From Candidatus Nealsonbacteria bacterium (GTDB taxonomy: Bacteria > Patescibacteriota > Minisyncoccia > Minisyncoccales > MHMH01), in the NCBI GenBank assembly GCA_016188865.1, contig JACPGX010000001.1, forward strand, positions 141,197 to 205,196: DNA of 64,000 nt, given 5' to 3'. Each line of letters starts with the position of its first letter. Position 1 is the stretch's first letter. The position numbers and the translations under genes are program-made. Below, in pieces: positions 53,501 through 60,557 of the stretch. The notes under the pieces are model-generated. The model searched no databases, had not been told where the DNA came from, and saw only the letters and a program-made list of their open reading frames with translations.

Positions 53501-54796
53501 AACTGTCTTAGATTGGCTGGCTAAAAGTGCCAATGGGCTGGCTGATAAATCAAAAGTGGCCTGATTTTGAGCGTCCAAAGCAGTTACTGTTGCGCCAATC
53601 TGCGCGCCGGCATACTTCAACTTAATGTTGGAAATGTCGGTGGCGGCAGCTGAACCAGTATGAGTAATAGTAATTGAGTGGACATCAGTAGCTTCAGTTG
53701 AAGAAGCTTCAAAGGTAAAGCCAGCTATTTCCTGATCGACAGATCCTGATAAAATCGTAGCGGCAGCCGGAGAAGTTGAAGTGGCAACAAACAACTCGCC
53801 AACTGAAGTTCCTGCTATTGTTAAGGCTTTTCCGTTTATCGGGAAAACGCCCGTAGGAGCAACAGTGGAAGTAATGTCGCCCGCCGCTTCAATGCCTAAC
53901 TCTAAACCGTCGCCAACTGTGGCAACTCCTTTAGCCGCAATGCTCACTTTCACGGTCAAGTACTTGGTTTCTCCTGCTGGGATTATCCAGCTAAGGCCGG
54001 AAAAAGTGGCTTTGTGCGTGTTGGTGTTTAAAGCTTGCGATGAACCGAGTTGTTTTGCGCCATCATAAAGTTTGATGGCGGAAACATCGGCATCAGTCGA
54101 AACTCCGCCTCGCTTTATAATTATTTTGGAAACCGTGTAATCAGAAGCGCCAGCAGTGAATTGAATCTTAGTAGCAACACTATTGACTGCTCCCAAGGCT
54201 ATTTGTTTAGCCGCAGACGTGTCGGCAGCCAAAGAAACTGAAGCTACAGTTGAAACTGGCGTAGTCGGGGTTGTTGGTGTAGTTGGAGTTGTCGGGGTGG
54301 TTGGAGTTGTTGCTCCTAACATAGAGTTTAATTTAGCTCTTGTTCCCGAACCGACAAAACCAGTGCCCGAAGTTAAACCAATGGGCGTTAAAACATCAGA
54401 AGCGTATTTGTTCTGAAATTTGACAACTGCCGCTTTGGTTAAAGCGCCAAAGAAAGTGGTTTCACTTCCTTTAGAACCTACTCCCGAAGCAGCAATCTGC
54501 GTTGCAGAATCCGAGTTCAAAACAATCTGCAGATATTTCACTGCATTGCCTGAACTGCCCTGCTTCAAGTTGGCTGTAAAGCTGAAATCAGCCGGAACGC
54601 CTGTAATAGCGCCTCCAGCTGCTGGTGTTTCTACAGTAGCTAACTGGGACTGCAAAAGAGCCAATTGAGCCATTAGGGCGTCAATTTGCGTTTGCAATTC
54701 AGCAGCTGTCAAAGCAAAAGCAGAACCCGGAATCATCCAAGCAGCTACAGTCATAGTCGTCACAACCGCAATAATCTTTTTCTTTAAGTTATTCAT
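50519..54796 (-). CDS. Giant (1425 aa) surface protein: N-terminal anchor, coiled coil, PG-binding domain, (TTP)n linker, six tandem Ig-like modules and a distinct C-terminal domain
   Basis: MNNLKKKIIAVVTTMTVAAWMIPGSAFA; AELQTQIDALMAQLALLQSQL; GSSGNAVKYLQIVLNSD...FGALTKAAVVKFQNKYA; TTPTTPTTPTTPTTPTTP. There is a recurring motif of the form D(I/F)SN(I/F)xL(W/Y)DG(T/A)xQ(L/V)G. Confidence 0.75.
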   Translation of the reverse strand: MNNLKKKIIAVVTTMTVAAWMIPGSAFALTAAELQTQIDALMAQLALLQSQLATVETPAAGGAITGVPADFSFTANLKQGSSGNAVKYLQIVLNSDSATQIAASGVGSKGSETTFFGALTKAAVVKFQNKYASDVLTPIGLTSGTGFVGSGTRAKLNSMLGATTPTTPTTPTTPTTPTTPVSTVASVSLAADTSAAKQIALGAVNSVATKIQFTAGASDYTVSKIIIKRGGVSTDADVSAIKLYDGAKQLGSSQALNTNTHKATFSGLSWIIPAGETKYLTVKVSIAAKGVATVGDGLELGIEAAGDITSTVAPTGVFPINGKALTIAGTSVGELFVATSTSPAAATILSGSVDQEIAGFTFEASSTEATDVHSITITHTGSAAATDISNIKLKYAGAQIGATVTALDAQNQATFDLSASPLALLASQSKTVYAYADIAPGIWTNRTVIFEITQFNDVTAYGANSGGQIEASHNDTQAYQKSTGNTMTIGQGSLTVNVDAAYNPAAQNYVKGTSNRLISAFKFTAGSREGVRLVKLRLKLSNGSGSATDISNITLWDGTTQVGGPVSLIGSYATFGSNTIGWDDPGIIDIAKSSNKTLQVKADVPSGATTNNTLDLDIDTYSDIWIDGLESKYDITQSTTNIVLTSGNGNLHTVTASGALTLALSANTPAAQTIIKGASGIEMMRINLTADSGEDMLVSSLEVNLNSGDAASSPTNAASGDYTNVKLLKLDGTQLGSTVPSPTTNASFSFNLTVPASETITLKVVADIPSNTALSTGSVQVTNATKITTQGSASTATITETATSVYGKTMTFGQGALTVSAAANPGDQNIIIGSDAVPVVGLVFTAGSAEDVRITRIKLTGSQGGGTPSATEFQADFSNFALYDGATRLTSVKGWDSTSATTVTFSASDFLNAQGITITKGAQKTITVKSDFLSTGNASDIVAIGIASSSDLASGMSGLNGTRDVTFTGLSSNTTPTTTITGVHGTANFATSTESSLSYITLQSSGTLAITSAADTPDSTIVTVGPTGSIKQDVVFTKVNFTAAREDISVQSIVIERKFGTGTTTADSDFVNVSLWDGTTQLGTDQVLVNYGLANSSTTFNFSAGSFWVVPKDTTKVLTIKADLYGVKSADQAGATTGDTPALCYATSTVKGVSSGVVINPSGTTDAGKLCGNWQLIHKSKPTIAASSLPSTTFSAGEKTLYRWTVTAGPEGAIGWVKVIFDVSGSVQIGSDTYTIGAGGATTTFGIYMGTTTTPGDSGSFNAVAKLLISSSTLKVYDVATGDQILGTTTDVQTDAGVSVYNYYAGGARVAFVAKTEQVVSAGATKTYELRGDILYGGKAGDSISTKIAKRATATSTVNFFTAASFATSTDMASPNAHNYVTSTAPTFVWSDQSGSGATHNYVSTDWSNEYKIATFPTATLSLSK
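51400..54250 (-). repeat. Six divergent tandem protein modules (~110-140 aa each) inside the 1425-aa gene
   Basis: Module anchors: VSAIKLYDGAKQLGS, DISNIKLKYAGAQIGA, DISNITLWDGTTQVGG, YTNVKLLKLDGTQLGS, FSNFALYDGATRLTS, FVNVSLWDGTTQLGT. Each is preceded by an FTA(G/x)S..E motif and followed by a KT(L/I)xVKAD motif. Boundaries are approximate. Confidence 0.6.
54255..54312 (-). repeat. Coding 9-nt tandem repeat encoding (Thr-Thr-Pro)6
   Basis: GGNGTNGTN units on the + strand are translated on the minus strand as TTPTTPTTPTTPTTPTTP. Confidence 0.8.
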
Positions 54797-54964
54797 TTTT
54801 TGTTAATTTTTATTTTATTTTCGACTATTTATGGTGAATTTATTGAACCATTTTAATAATCGATTTAATTTAATTCTTATTTAATTTAATGATTATTTTT
54901 GGCCTCGTTTGTCGACCGGACCATCGCCTTTTGAATATCAATAATTATTAATTTGGGAGCTCCC

Positions 54965-54998
54965 CCCGCCTTCGTCCCGTTAAGCGGGACTACTGCGG
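54965..54998. repeat. GC-rich nested hairpin in the region upstream of the giant surface protein gene
   Basis: CCCGCCTTCG-TCCCG-TTAAG-CGGGA-CTACTGCGG. The inner stem is GTCCCG/CGGGAC. It shares CCCGCCTTCG with 17898-17927. Confidence 0.6.
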
Positions 54999-55011
54999 AC
55001 ACAAGCATATT

Positions 55012-55037
55012 CAAAAAGTGAGGTTAAAAACGACCTC
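55012..55037 (-). terminator. Weak terminator-like hairpin after the anti-sigma-like gene
   Basis: The minus strand reads GAGGTCGTTTTTAACCTC followed by ACTTTTTG. The stem is only 5 bp. The arms resemble the GAGGTCGAACCTC arm of the type B element. Confidence 0.3.
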
Positions 55038-55055
55038 TAAATTCAAAATTAATTA

Positions 55056-55751
55056 TTATTTATTTGATAAGAACCAAAGTTTTTCCAAAGCTAGAGTATA
55101 TGCGCCCGCTTCAAAAGATTCTTTGGCTTCTGCTAATAATTGCTGGCCTTGTTCGTCTAGGGTTCTATTCTCTAAATCGGCAATAAGATAGCCTGCTAAT
55201 TGTTTTTCCAATTTTTCTGTTTCACCGCCAATCTGTACGCCCAAAACGCTTTCCACTTTCTGTTTGTTTGCTTCCAATTTTTGAGTTTCTGCCACTAGTC
55301 CTTTGAGCGTTGCCGAATTCATTTGAGATAAGCCATCCAAGGCTCCTGTTATATTATCTTGAAATGCCTTAATGGTCGGAGACAAGCTTCTTACTTTATT
55401 GGCCTCGGCTATTCCATTTAGCTCTTCTAGGCGCTTGTTGGCTAATCTTAAATGAACTTCTGACTTTTCTCCTGTCAAAGAAAGGCCAATTTCCATGGTT
55501 TCGGTAACTTGCTTAACCGGAAAAAGAAAATCTCCCGGCACCGTATTGCTGGCAAAACCGAAGAGCCCGATTACAACCACAAGAGAAATTACTGGAGCAA
55601 ACGCCATCTTCCAATGAAATATGTTAGACACCGAGTACCCAACAATTTCTTCTTCTGGTAAAATCTGGCGTTTAGTCAAAAGCACCCAGTCTTTTCCGGG
55701 CTTGATTGCCTTAAGTTCTTTGAGTTGCTTTATGAGGTCTTTTTCCGTCAT
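55056..55751 (-). CDS. Single-pass membrane protein, anti-sigma-factor-like (DUF5667-like ectodomain)
   Basis: TM helix MAFAPVISLVVVIGLFGFA is followed by PGDFLFPVKQVTE and a helical ectodomain. It lies immediately downstream of the sigma factor gene. Confidence 0.5.
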   Translation of the reverse strand: MTEKDLIKQLKELKAIKPGKDWVLLTKRQILPEEEIVGYSVSNIFHWKMAFAPVISLVVVIGLFGFASNTVPGDFLFPVKQVTETMEIGLSLTGEKSEVHLRLANKRLEELNGIAEANKVRSLSPTIKAFQDNITGALDGLSQMNSATLKGLVAETQKLEANKQKVESVLGVQIGGETEKLEKQLAGYLIADLENRTLDEQGQQLLAEAKESFEAGAYTLALEKLWFLSNK

Positions 55752-55775
55752 TCTATAGTTATGACGGAATTTAAG

Positions 55776-56273
55776 CTATTTTATTACACCGCGAAGAGCG
55801 TTTATGGCGCGATGAATCTGTACCCTTACTGCTTCCTCTGACTTGCCGAGAATTTTAGCTATTTCCGGCGCTGATAGCTCATCTAAATAATACCAAATAA
55901 TTATCTCACGATAATCGTCGTTTAGGTTGGCCAAAGCCGCTTTCACGTTGTTGACATCTGATTTTAGCATTGATTTCTCTTCTAAACCCATACTGGAATC
56001 GATCAAGGGAAGAGCGTCGGTAGAAACCAACTGGGCTTGGCCTTTTTGTCGATAATGGTCGACAACTAAATTACGGGCTATTTGGTACAAAAAGGCTTGA
56101 AGATTCTTAATGTCGCATTTATTTTTTTTAAAGCTTTCCCAACCTCTGGTAAAGACCTCAGAAGTTAAATCTTCGGCTATTTCTTGCGAATTTACTTTTA
56201 AAAAAACAAAACGATAGATTTTTTCTATATATTTGTCGTAAATTTCGCCGAATTGTTTCTGTAATTGCGACAT
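55776..56273 (-). CDS. ECF-type sigma-70 family RNA polymerase sigma factor
   Basis: Region 2 is IYDKYIEKIYRFVFLKVNSQEIAEDLTSEVFTRGW. Region 4 is YREIIIWYYLDELSAPEIAKILGKSEEAVRVQIHRAINALR. Confidence 0.85.
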   Translation of the reverse strand: MSQLQKQFGEIYDKYIEKIYRFVFLKVNSQEIAEDLTSEVFTRGWESFKKNKCDIKNLQAFLYQIARNLVVDHYRQKGQAQLVSTDALPLIDSSMGLEEKSMLKSDVNNVKAALANLNDDYREIIIWYYLDELSAPEIAKILGKSEEAVRVQIHRAINALRGVIK

Positions 56274-56280
56274 GTCTTAT

Positions 56281-56835
56281 TTAATGTGTCCCATTTTTAA
56301 CATAATATACTCCCCTGCCGGCGCCATTCCTTACCATTATGCCGGTTTGACAAAGCTTATCTAAATCTCGGAGAACGGTTCTCCGATTAATTTCTGGGAA
56401 AAGCCCAACCACATCGCCTATTCTAAATCGGCCGTTTCCGTTAATGTATGCAATAATTTTCTCCTGTCGCCCCGCCTTTGCCAAGGCTTCGGTAGGCAGA
56501 TAGTTATCCACAGTTTTTCCAGAGTCGTGTTGCCCAACATCCGATGTTTGACATAGCTGACTCAACTTATTATATTCTCTCCTTAGGACCTCAAAATTCC
56601 TCGAATCCACCCAATTATTCTGCTTGGCTAAATCAAAAAGCCCAAAAATCTCTGTAATCTTACGAGAACACATCTCGTCCTGACGAGAAATGTTCTCGTA
56701 AGATTCCACCATTATTCTATCAGCTAATTCTCTTATTTTAGAAGCCAAATCCTCTCCAACGGGAAAAAGAGCGGTCACTTTATAGACCGCTAAAGTCAAT
56801 TTTAGAAGATGTTCTTTGTCCAGATTTTGCCGCAT
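56281..56835 (-). CDS. Putative transcriptional regulator: N-terminal four-helix-bundle domain plus C-terminal winged HTH
   Basis: HLLKLTLAVYKVTALFP...IRELADRI is four-helix-bundle-like. INRRTVLRDLDKLCQTGIMVRNGAGRGVYY is a DeoR-like wHTH. Confidence 0.5.
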   Translation of the reverse strand: MRQNLDKEHLLKLTLAVYKVTALFPVGEDLASKIRELADRIMVESYENISRQDEMCSRKITEIFGLFDLAKQNNWVDSRNFEVLRREYNKLSQLCQTSDVGQHDSGKTVDNYLPTEALAKAGRQEKIIAYINGNGRFRIGDVVGLFPEINRRTVLRDLDKLCQTGIMVRNGAGRGVYYVKNGTH

Positions 56836-56841
56836 TTCTCC

Positions 56842-56869
56842 ATTTTATAATTGCGACATCATCTGTCAA
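56842..56869 (-). promoter_or_regulatory. Promoter candidate, TTGACA-16-TAAAAT, 6 nt from the ATG
   Basis: The minus strand reads CTTGACAGATGATGTCGCAATTATAAAATGGAGAAATG. It heads the regulator / sigma / anti-sigma-like operon. Confidence 0.45.
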
Positions 56870-56884
56870 GTGTGAATATCTTAA

Positions 56885-56918
56885 AATAAAAATGCGACAC
56901 CCTTACGGCGCCGCATTT
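56885..56918 (-). terminator. Imperfect terminator-like hairpin after the PP2C gene
   Basis: The minus strand reads ATGCGGCGCC-GTAA-GGGTGTCGCAT followed by TTTTATTTT. Confidence 0.35.
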
Positions 56919-56929
56919 AATTTTGTTGA

Positions 56930-57754
56930 TTATCTAAAAAAATCAATCCCGATTGCCGCCATATCGTCATGCTGTTTGAGTCTGGGATATTTCCAGCAAT
57001 AAGGATCTGTCTTCTCCAGTTCTCTTATATAGTCAGCCAAACCTTCTAAGCCGCCACTTTGATAAAGTTTAACAAATAGCGGCCATTTTTCCGGTTTCTC
57101 AACATCTCTTTTTGGTATAAGCAACCCATCAGTGAAAAGCACCAATGATCTCACGTTCGCCAGCGGAATCTTGCCGAGCTCAAAGAATCGTTCCGCTTCC
57201 TTTTCTCCGGTCAAAAAACCATAGGTCACATTCGCTTCTCGTCTTACTTTAATAATTTGTTCAATTAATTCCGCTCTAATGTTCTTTACTTTTTGAGCCG
57301 CTAAATTTTTGCACAAACGAAGATTTTCCAAGTCATGATTGACGATTACATCAGGAAATTGCCTGAAAGAACCATCCTGGAATATGGCCAGGATAAAACA
57401 GTCGCTAATTTGGAAAAAATCGGCTTCATGATCAAGCAATCTGAACGCTGCCACCCCCACCATCCAGAGTCCTTCTTTTTGTTGTAAATCAACGCCCTCG
57501 CTTGCCATCGCTTTCCCGAGCCGCTGATTCGCCTCAATCGCTAATTCTTTCAATGGTTTATCATTCTGGGCAAAAGTTTCTTTAACAATCTCGGCGCCAA
57601 TTCTACCGCCCGTCTTGCCCTCTTTGTTTTTAAATGGCACTATACTGGTTGCTCCGTCAAAAACAGCGAAAAGATTATCTCCAATAAGCAATTCGTCTTC
57701 GCTTATTTCTTTAGTTCCCTTCCGATAAATTTTTTGGACTTTAATTTTGGACAT
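56930..57754 (-). CDS. PP2C-family protein serine/threonine phosphatase-like protein
   Basis: LFAVFDGATS, LVLFTDGLL and DDMAAIGIDF fit the PP2C/SpoIIE metal-binding Asp motifs. Confidence 0.55.
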   Translation of the reverse strand: MSKIKVQKIYRKGTKEISEDELLIGDNLFAVFDGATSIVPFKNKEGKTGGRIGAEIVKETFAQNDKPLKELAIEANQRLGKAMASEGVDLQQKEGLWMVGVAAFRLLDHEADFFQISDCFILAIFQDGSFRQFPDVIVNHDLENLRLCKNLAAQKVKNIRAELIEQIIKVRREANVTYGFLTGEKEAERFFELGKIPLANVRSLVLFTDGLLIPKRDVEKPEKWPLFVKLYQSGGLEGLADYIRELEKTDPYCWKYPRLKQHDDMAAIGIDFFR

Positions 57755-57765
57755 TTCTTTCCTCC

Positions 57766-58509
57766 CTACCTATAGATGTTGTCAGGCCATAAGTCTGGAT
57801 GGCAACAAAAGAAAATAAACCACAAGGAGTTTGATATGCCCATCCGATAAACAGCCCCATCTGCTTTTCCGACGCCTACTCTTCTAATCAATTCTCTGAC
57901 GGAAATATATTCGGCTTTATATATGGGTTCCGTAGCGTCTTTTTTCCTTTCCACTATCTTCTGCAAATCCACTTCAACAAAACACAGGTCAGTCCAGGAA
58001 CGCACAAAACTAGGACATGCATTCTGGTATGGATATGGCGGAACTTCGATGGCGAGGATTACGGAAGCACCTGCTTCTTCGGCCGTCTCCCTTTTGGCCG
58101 CATCCGTAAAATGCTCCATTTCTTCTTTCCCTATGAGTTTATCCATAAAACCCATGGGAAGCTGGCCGAATACCATTTCTTCGGTGGAGCTGCGATCCTC
58201 AGGGTCGTCAGCATGCGGCCTGGGTTGATGGATTACGGCGATTTTAACCTCGCCTGTCACGGCATCGCGGCCCCAAGCAACAATACTAACGCCCGGAGCT
58301 TCAGAATAGCTAGGCCTGTCAAATAATGGCCTGCCCTCTTTGTCTACCACCACGGCCGCCTCAACGCTGCCAAACCTGCTTTTTACTTTCCAGTCCGTTC
58401 CCGGAGGAAACCGTTTCCCATCAACCTCAAGAATCCAATTATTTTCTCCCTTGTCCTCGCAAAATTTTTCAAAGTTATTTACTTCGATCGGTCTTTTCGT
58501 CGCCGCCAT
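57766..58509 (-). CDS. NUDIX hydrolase (ADP-ribose pyrophosphatase-like)
   Basis: NUDIX box core AAKRETAEEAGA. It is preceded by a consensus promoter and an AAGGAGGG SD 6 nt before the ATG. Confidence 0.65.
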   Translation of the reverse strand: MAATKRPIEVNNFEKFCEDKGENNWILEVDGKRFPPGTDWKVKSRFGSVEAAVVVDKEGRPLFDRPSYSEAPGVSIVAWGRDAVTGEVKIAVIHQPRPHADDPEDRSSTEEMVFGQLPMGFMDKLIGKEEMEHFTDAAKRETAEEAGASVILAIEVPPYPYQNACPSFVRSWTDLCFVEVDLQKIVERKKDATEPIYKAEYISVRELIRRVGVGKADGAVYRMGISNSLWFIFFCCHPDLWPDNIYR

Positions 58510-58537
58510 CTAATCCCTCCTTCTTATTTGATTTGAT

Positions 58538-58566
58538 ATTATATTATACTACCTCAAATCAGTCAA
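58538..58566 (-). promoter_or_regulatory. Consensus sigma-70 promoter, TTGACT-17-TATAAT
   Basis: The minus strand reads CTTGACTGATTTGAGGTAGTATAATATAATATC. It is followed by the AAGGAGGG SD and the NUDIX ATG. Confidence 0.6.
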
Positions 58567-58567
58567 G

Positions 58568-58595
58568 AAAAAAAACGGACGATTTATCGTCCGCT
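58568..58595 (-). terminator. Rho-independent terminator
   Basis: The minus strand reads CGGACGA-TAAA-TCGTCCG followed by T8. Confidence 0.7.
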
Positions 58596-58605
58596 CTTGT
58601 TTTTG

Positions 58606-58971
58606 TTATAAAATAACTTCAAATGTTACTGCGTATAGCTTTGTTCCAGCTGCGGGAGAATCCTTTAATTCTTCTCCAGCAAAGGTAGTTTTACTGCGTC
58701 CTTGCTCAATGCCAGCAAGCACATTCCAACAGCAATAACCTTCCACGACAAACTTATCTTCCGTGCCTTCCGCAGCTACGGTAACGCGATACTTCGCGCA
58801 AGCTAAATAATCAGGCGTATCATTAAGAAGGTATCCGGCGAGGACCATACCCTCAAAAGTGCGGCCATCCGGAACGGGAGTCCAGCCAGCTCTTTCCAGC
58901 CGCTTAATCAGATGAACAGAACCATAACCTTCATAAATTTCTTGGCAGCCTTTGACGGGTTTCTTTCTCAT
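58606..58971 (-). CDS. Hypothetical protein (121 aa)
   Basis: The start is moved to the ATG at 58971 (MRKKPVKGCQ...). GAGGAGGAGCAGA lies directly upstream (SD GGAGG, 6-nt spacing). I recognised no family. Confidence 0.55.
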   Translation of the reverse strand: MRKKPVKGCQEIYEGYGSVHLIKRLERAGWTPVPDGRTFEGMVLAGYLLNDTPDYLACAKYRVTVAAEGTEDKFVVEGYCCWNVLAGIEQGRSKTTFAGEELKDSPAAGTKLYAVTFEVIL

Positions 58972-59029
58972 TCTGCTCCTCCTCTTTGTCAAGGTCTCTA
59001 TTTTATCCTATAAAATACCAAAATAAAAA

Positions 59030-59836
59030 TCAATCCCTGTTATTTTTCAAACGTTCACGGATATCGCCAATGAGGCCGCCAACTTTTAAGAGTTCTTCAA
59101 AGGCAAGAAACATAATACTTAATCCGCCATAAAAAAAGAAATGACTGAAATAAACAATTTGATACTCGGGAATCCCTGCCCCGTCTTCTATAAATTCATA
59201 AAAAATATTAAAAAGCATGGAAACCGTCACAAAAATAAGCATAGCTTTAAGAGAGCGGAAAAAACCGACAAATGAAGGATTTAAAGATTTTCTAAGGCGT
59301 AAAAGGCGCCTCCAGAATAAAAATGCCAAAAGCAATGACGCTGCCCCATAAAGATAAGGAGTAATGCCTTCGGGCTCCAAAGAAATAGCTTCTGGCCTCA
59401 CGGAAAAAAGGAAAGAAAGATAGATGAATATGGCGATAAGGATGCCGCCGATTATAATAAAAATTCTTGAACGGCGATATCCAGAATATGCCCGGATAAA
59501 TATTTCTGAACCCAGTATCATAAAAAGTATGCTTGTCAGATAAAAATTAACCGTAATCGCGAAAATGTGGTCATTATATCCTCCGGAAAAATGAAACTGA
59601 ATAAATTCAGAAATATGAGAAGCTGAAAACAAAATAAAGGCAAATATGCTGGCTATTAAAAATTTTTTAAATATGGGGTCGGCCAGATAATAATTTCTTG
59701 CCAAAGATATGCCTGCCGTAATCACAAAAAGTAAGGCGATAATATGAATTATGCCCTCGTCAAAAAACAAGGTACCGAACAACTCGGTAGTTAAAATAAT
59801 CAAGGCGTTAATTAATATAAAAATATAGGCCTTCAT
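59030..59836 (-). CDS. Polytopic membrane protein, unknown function
   Basis: 268 aa with about 8 hydrophobic segments. An extended -10 (TGGTATAAT) lies 11 nt upstream of the ATG. Confidence 0.55.
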   Translation of the reverse strand: MKAYIFILINALIILTTELFGTLFFDEGIIHIIALLFVITAGISLARNYYLADPIFKKFLIASIFAFILFSASHISEFIQFHFSGGYNDHIFAITVNFYLTSILFMILGSEIFIRAYSGYRRSRIFIIIGGILIAIFIYLSFLFSVRPEAISLEPEGITPYLYGAASLLLAFLFWRRLLRLRKSLNPSFVGFFRSLKAMLIFVTVSMLFNIFYEFIEDGAGIPEYQIVYFSHFFFYGGLSIMFLAFEELLKVGGLIGDIRERLKNNRD

Positions 59837-59847
59837 GGGTTTATTTT

Positions 59848-59856
59848 ATTATACCA
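59848..59856 (-). promoter_or_regulatory. Extended -10 promoter candidate, TGGTATAAT
   Basis: It lies 11 nt upstream of the ATG at 59836. The -35 would fall in the end of the protease gene. Confidence 0.4.
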
Positions 59857-59861
59857 ACAAA

Positions 59862-60557
59862 CTAAAACCCAATAAACTGGCGAATTTTGGTGACAGGAAC
59901 CGCCCAAACCCTACCCGTCTCGCCAATTACGCTTAAACCAACCACATTTCCCTCGATATTGAAAAGCGGCGAACCATTAACTGCGGAGGTATCAAGAATA
60001 TTAGTCTGAATTATATCTTTATCAAAAGTTTTAATAATGCCCTCATTAACTGCTAATTTCGGGGTGCTGGAGCTGAATTCAAACCCCAATAAAAAAACTC
60101 TCTCTCCTATTTTTATTTTCTCTAAATCGGCAAATCCGGCGGTGGCGAATCCTCCGCCATCAACTTTAATCAATGCCAAATTATTCCTAAAATCTCTCTT
60201 TAAAATTTCGTAATTCGGCCATTTGGCATCGACATAAAAAGCAAAATCAGACCCTTGAGGCACAAGCTCGGCTAAAGTAACAAAAAAGCCATCATTGGTG
60301 ACCATTAGGCCGGAGCCTTTTGAATTTTTAACTCCGACAACTGTCCGGGCAACTTTTTCCGCTGCTTCTCTTAAGGCAACATTTTCTTGAATATAATTAG
60401 TTATTTCTCTTCTCTCGGTTACATAAACCGGCGTCTGCTCCAATCGATACTTTAAAAAAAGCGGCCTTTCCACAAAATAAGGCCACAAAATCTGGTCGGC
60501 AAAAATCCCGCCAACTGTCCCAATAATAAAAATGGCTAAAAATTTAAACAGAAACAT
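59862..60557 (-). CDS. Membrane-anchored trypsin-like serine protease (HtrA/S1C-like, no PDZ domain)
   Basis: N-terminal TM helix, then [19 protein letters not shown] and [19 protein letters not shown] (Ser-containing GxSGxP-like site). Confidence 0.6.
   Translation of the reverse strand: MFLFKFLAIFIIGTVGGIFADQILWPYFVERPLFLKYRLEQTPVYVTERREITNYIQENVALREAAEKVARTVVGVKNSKGSGLMVTNDGFFVTLAELVPQGSDFAFYVDAKWPNYEILKRDFRNNLALIKVDGGGFATAGFADLEKIKIGERVFLLGFEFSSSTPKLAVNEGIIKTFDKDIIQTNILDTSAVNGSPLFNIEGNVVGLSVIGETGRVWAVPVTKIRQFIGF

Noticed and set aside
50519-54796. I considered whether the giant surface protein is a diversity-generating retroelement target, or whether the window holds CRISPR, tRNA or rRNA genes.
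   Set aside because: I could see no reverse transcriptase gene, no template/variable repeat pair, no Asn-rich C-type-lectin-like variable region, no regularly spaced direct repeats, and no tRNA or rRNA signatures anywhere in the window.
54842-54850. I considered whether ATGGT(A/T)CAATAAA, shared upstream of the two large surface protein genes, is a specific ECF-sigma promoter.
   Set aside because: Essentially the same TGGTAYAAT(AAA) motif occurs upstream of unrelated genes (59848-59856, and near 36540). It is better explained as the general extended -10 of the housekeeping sigma.
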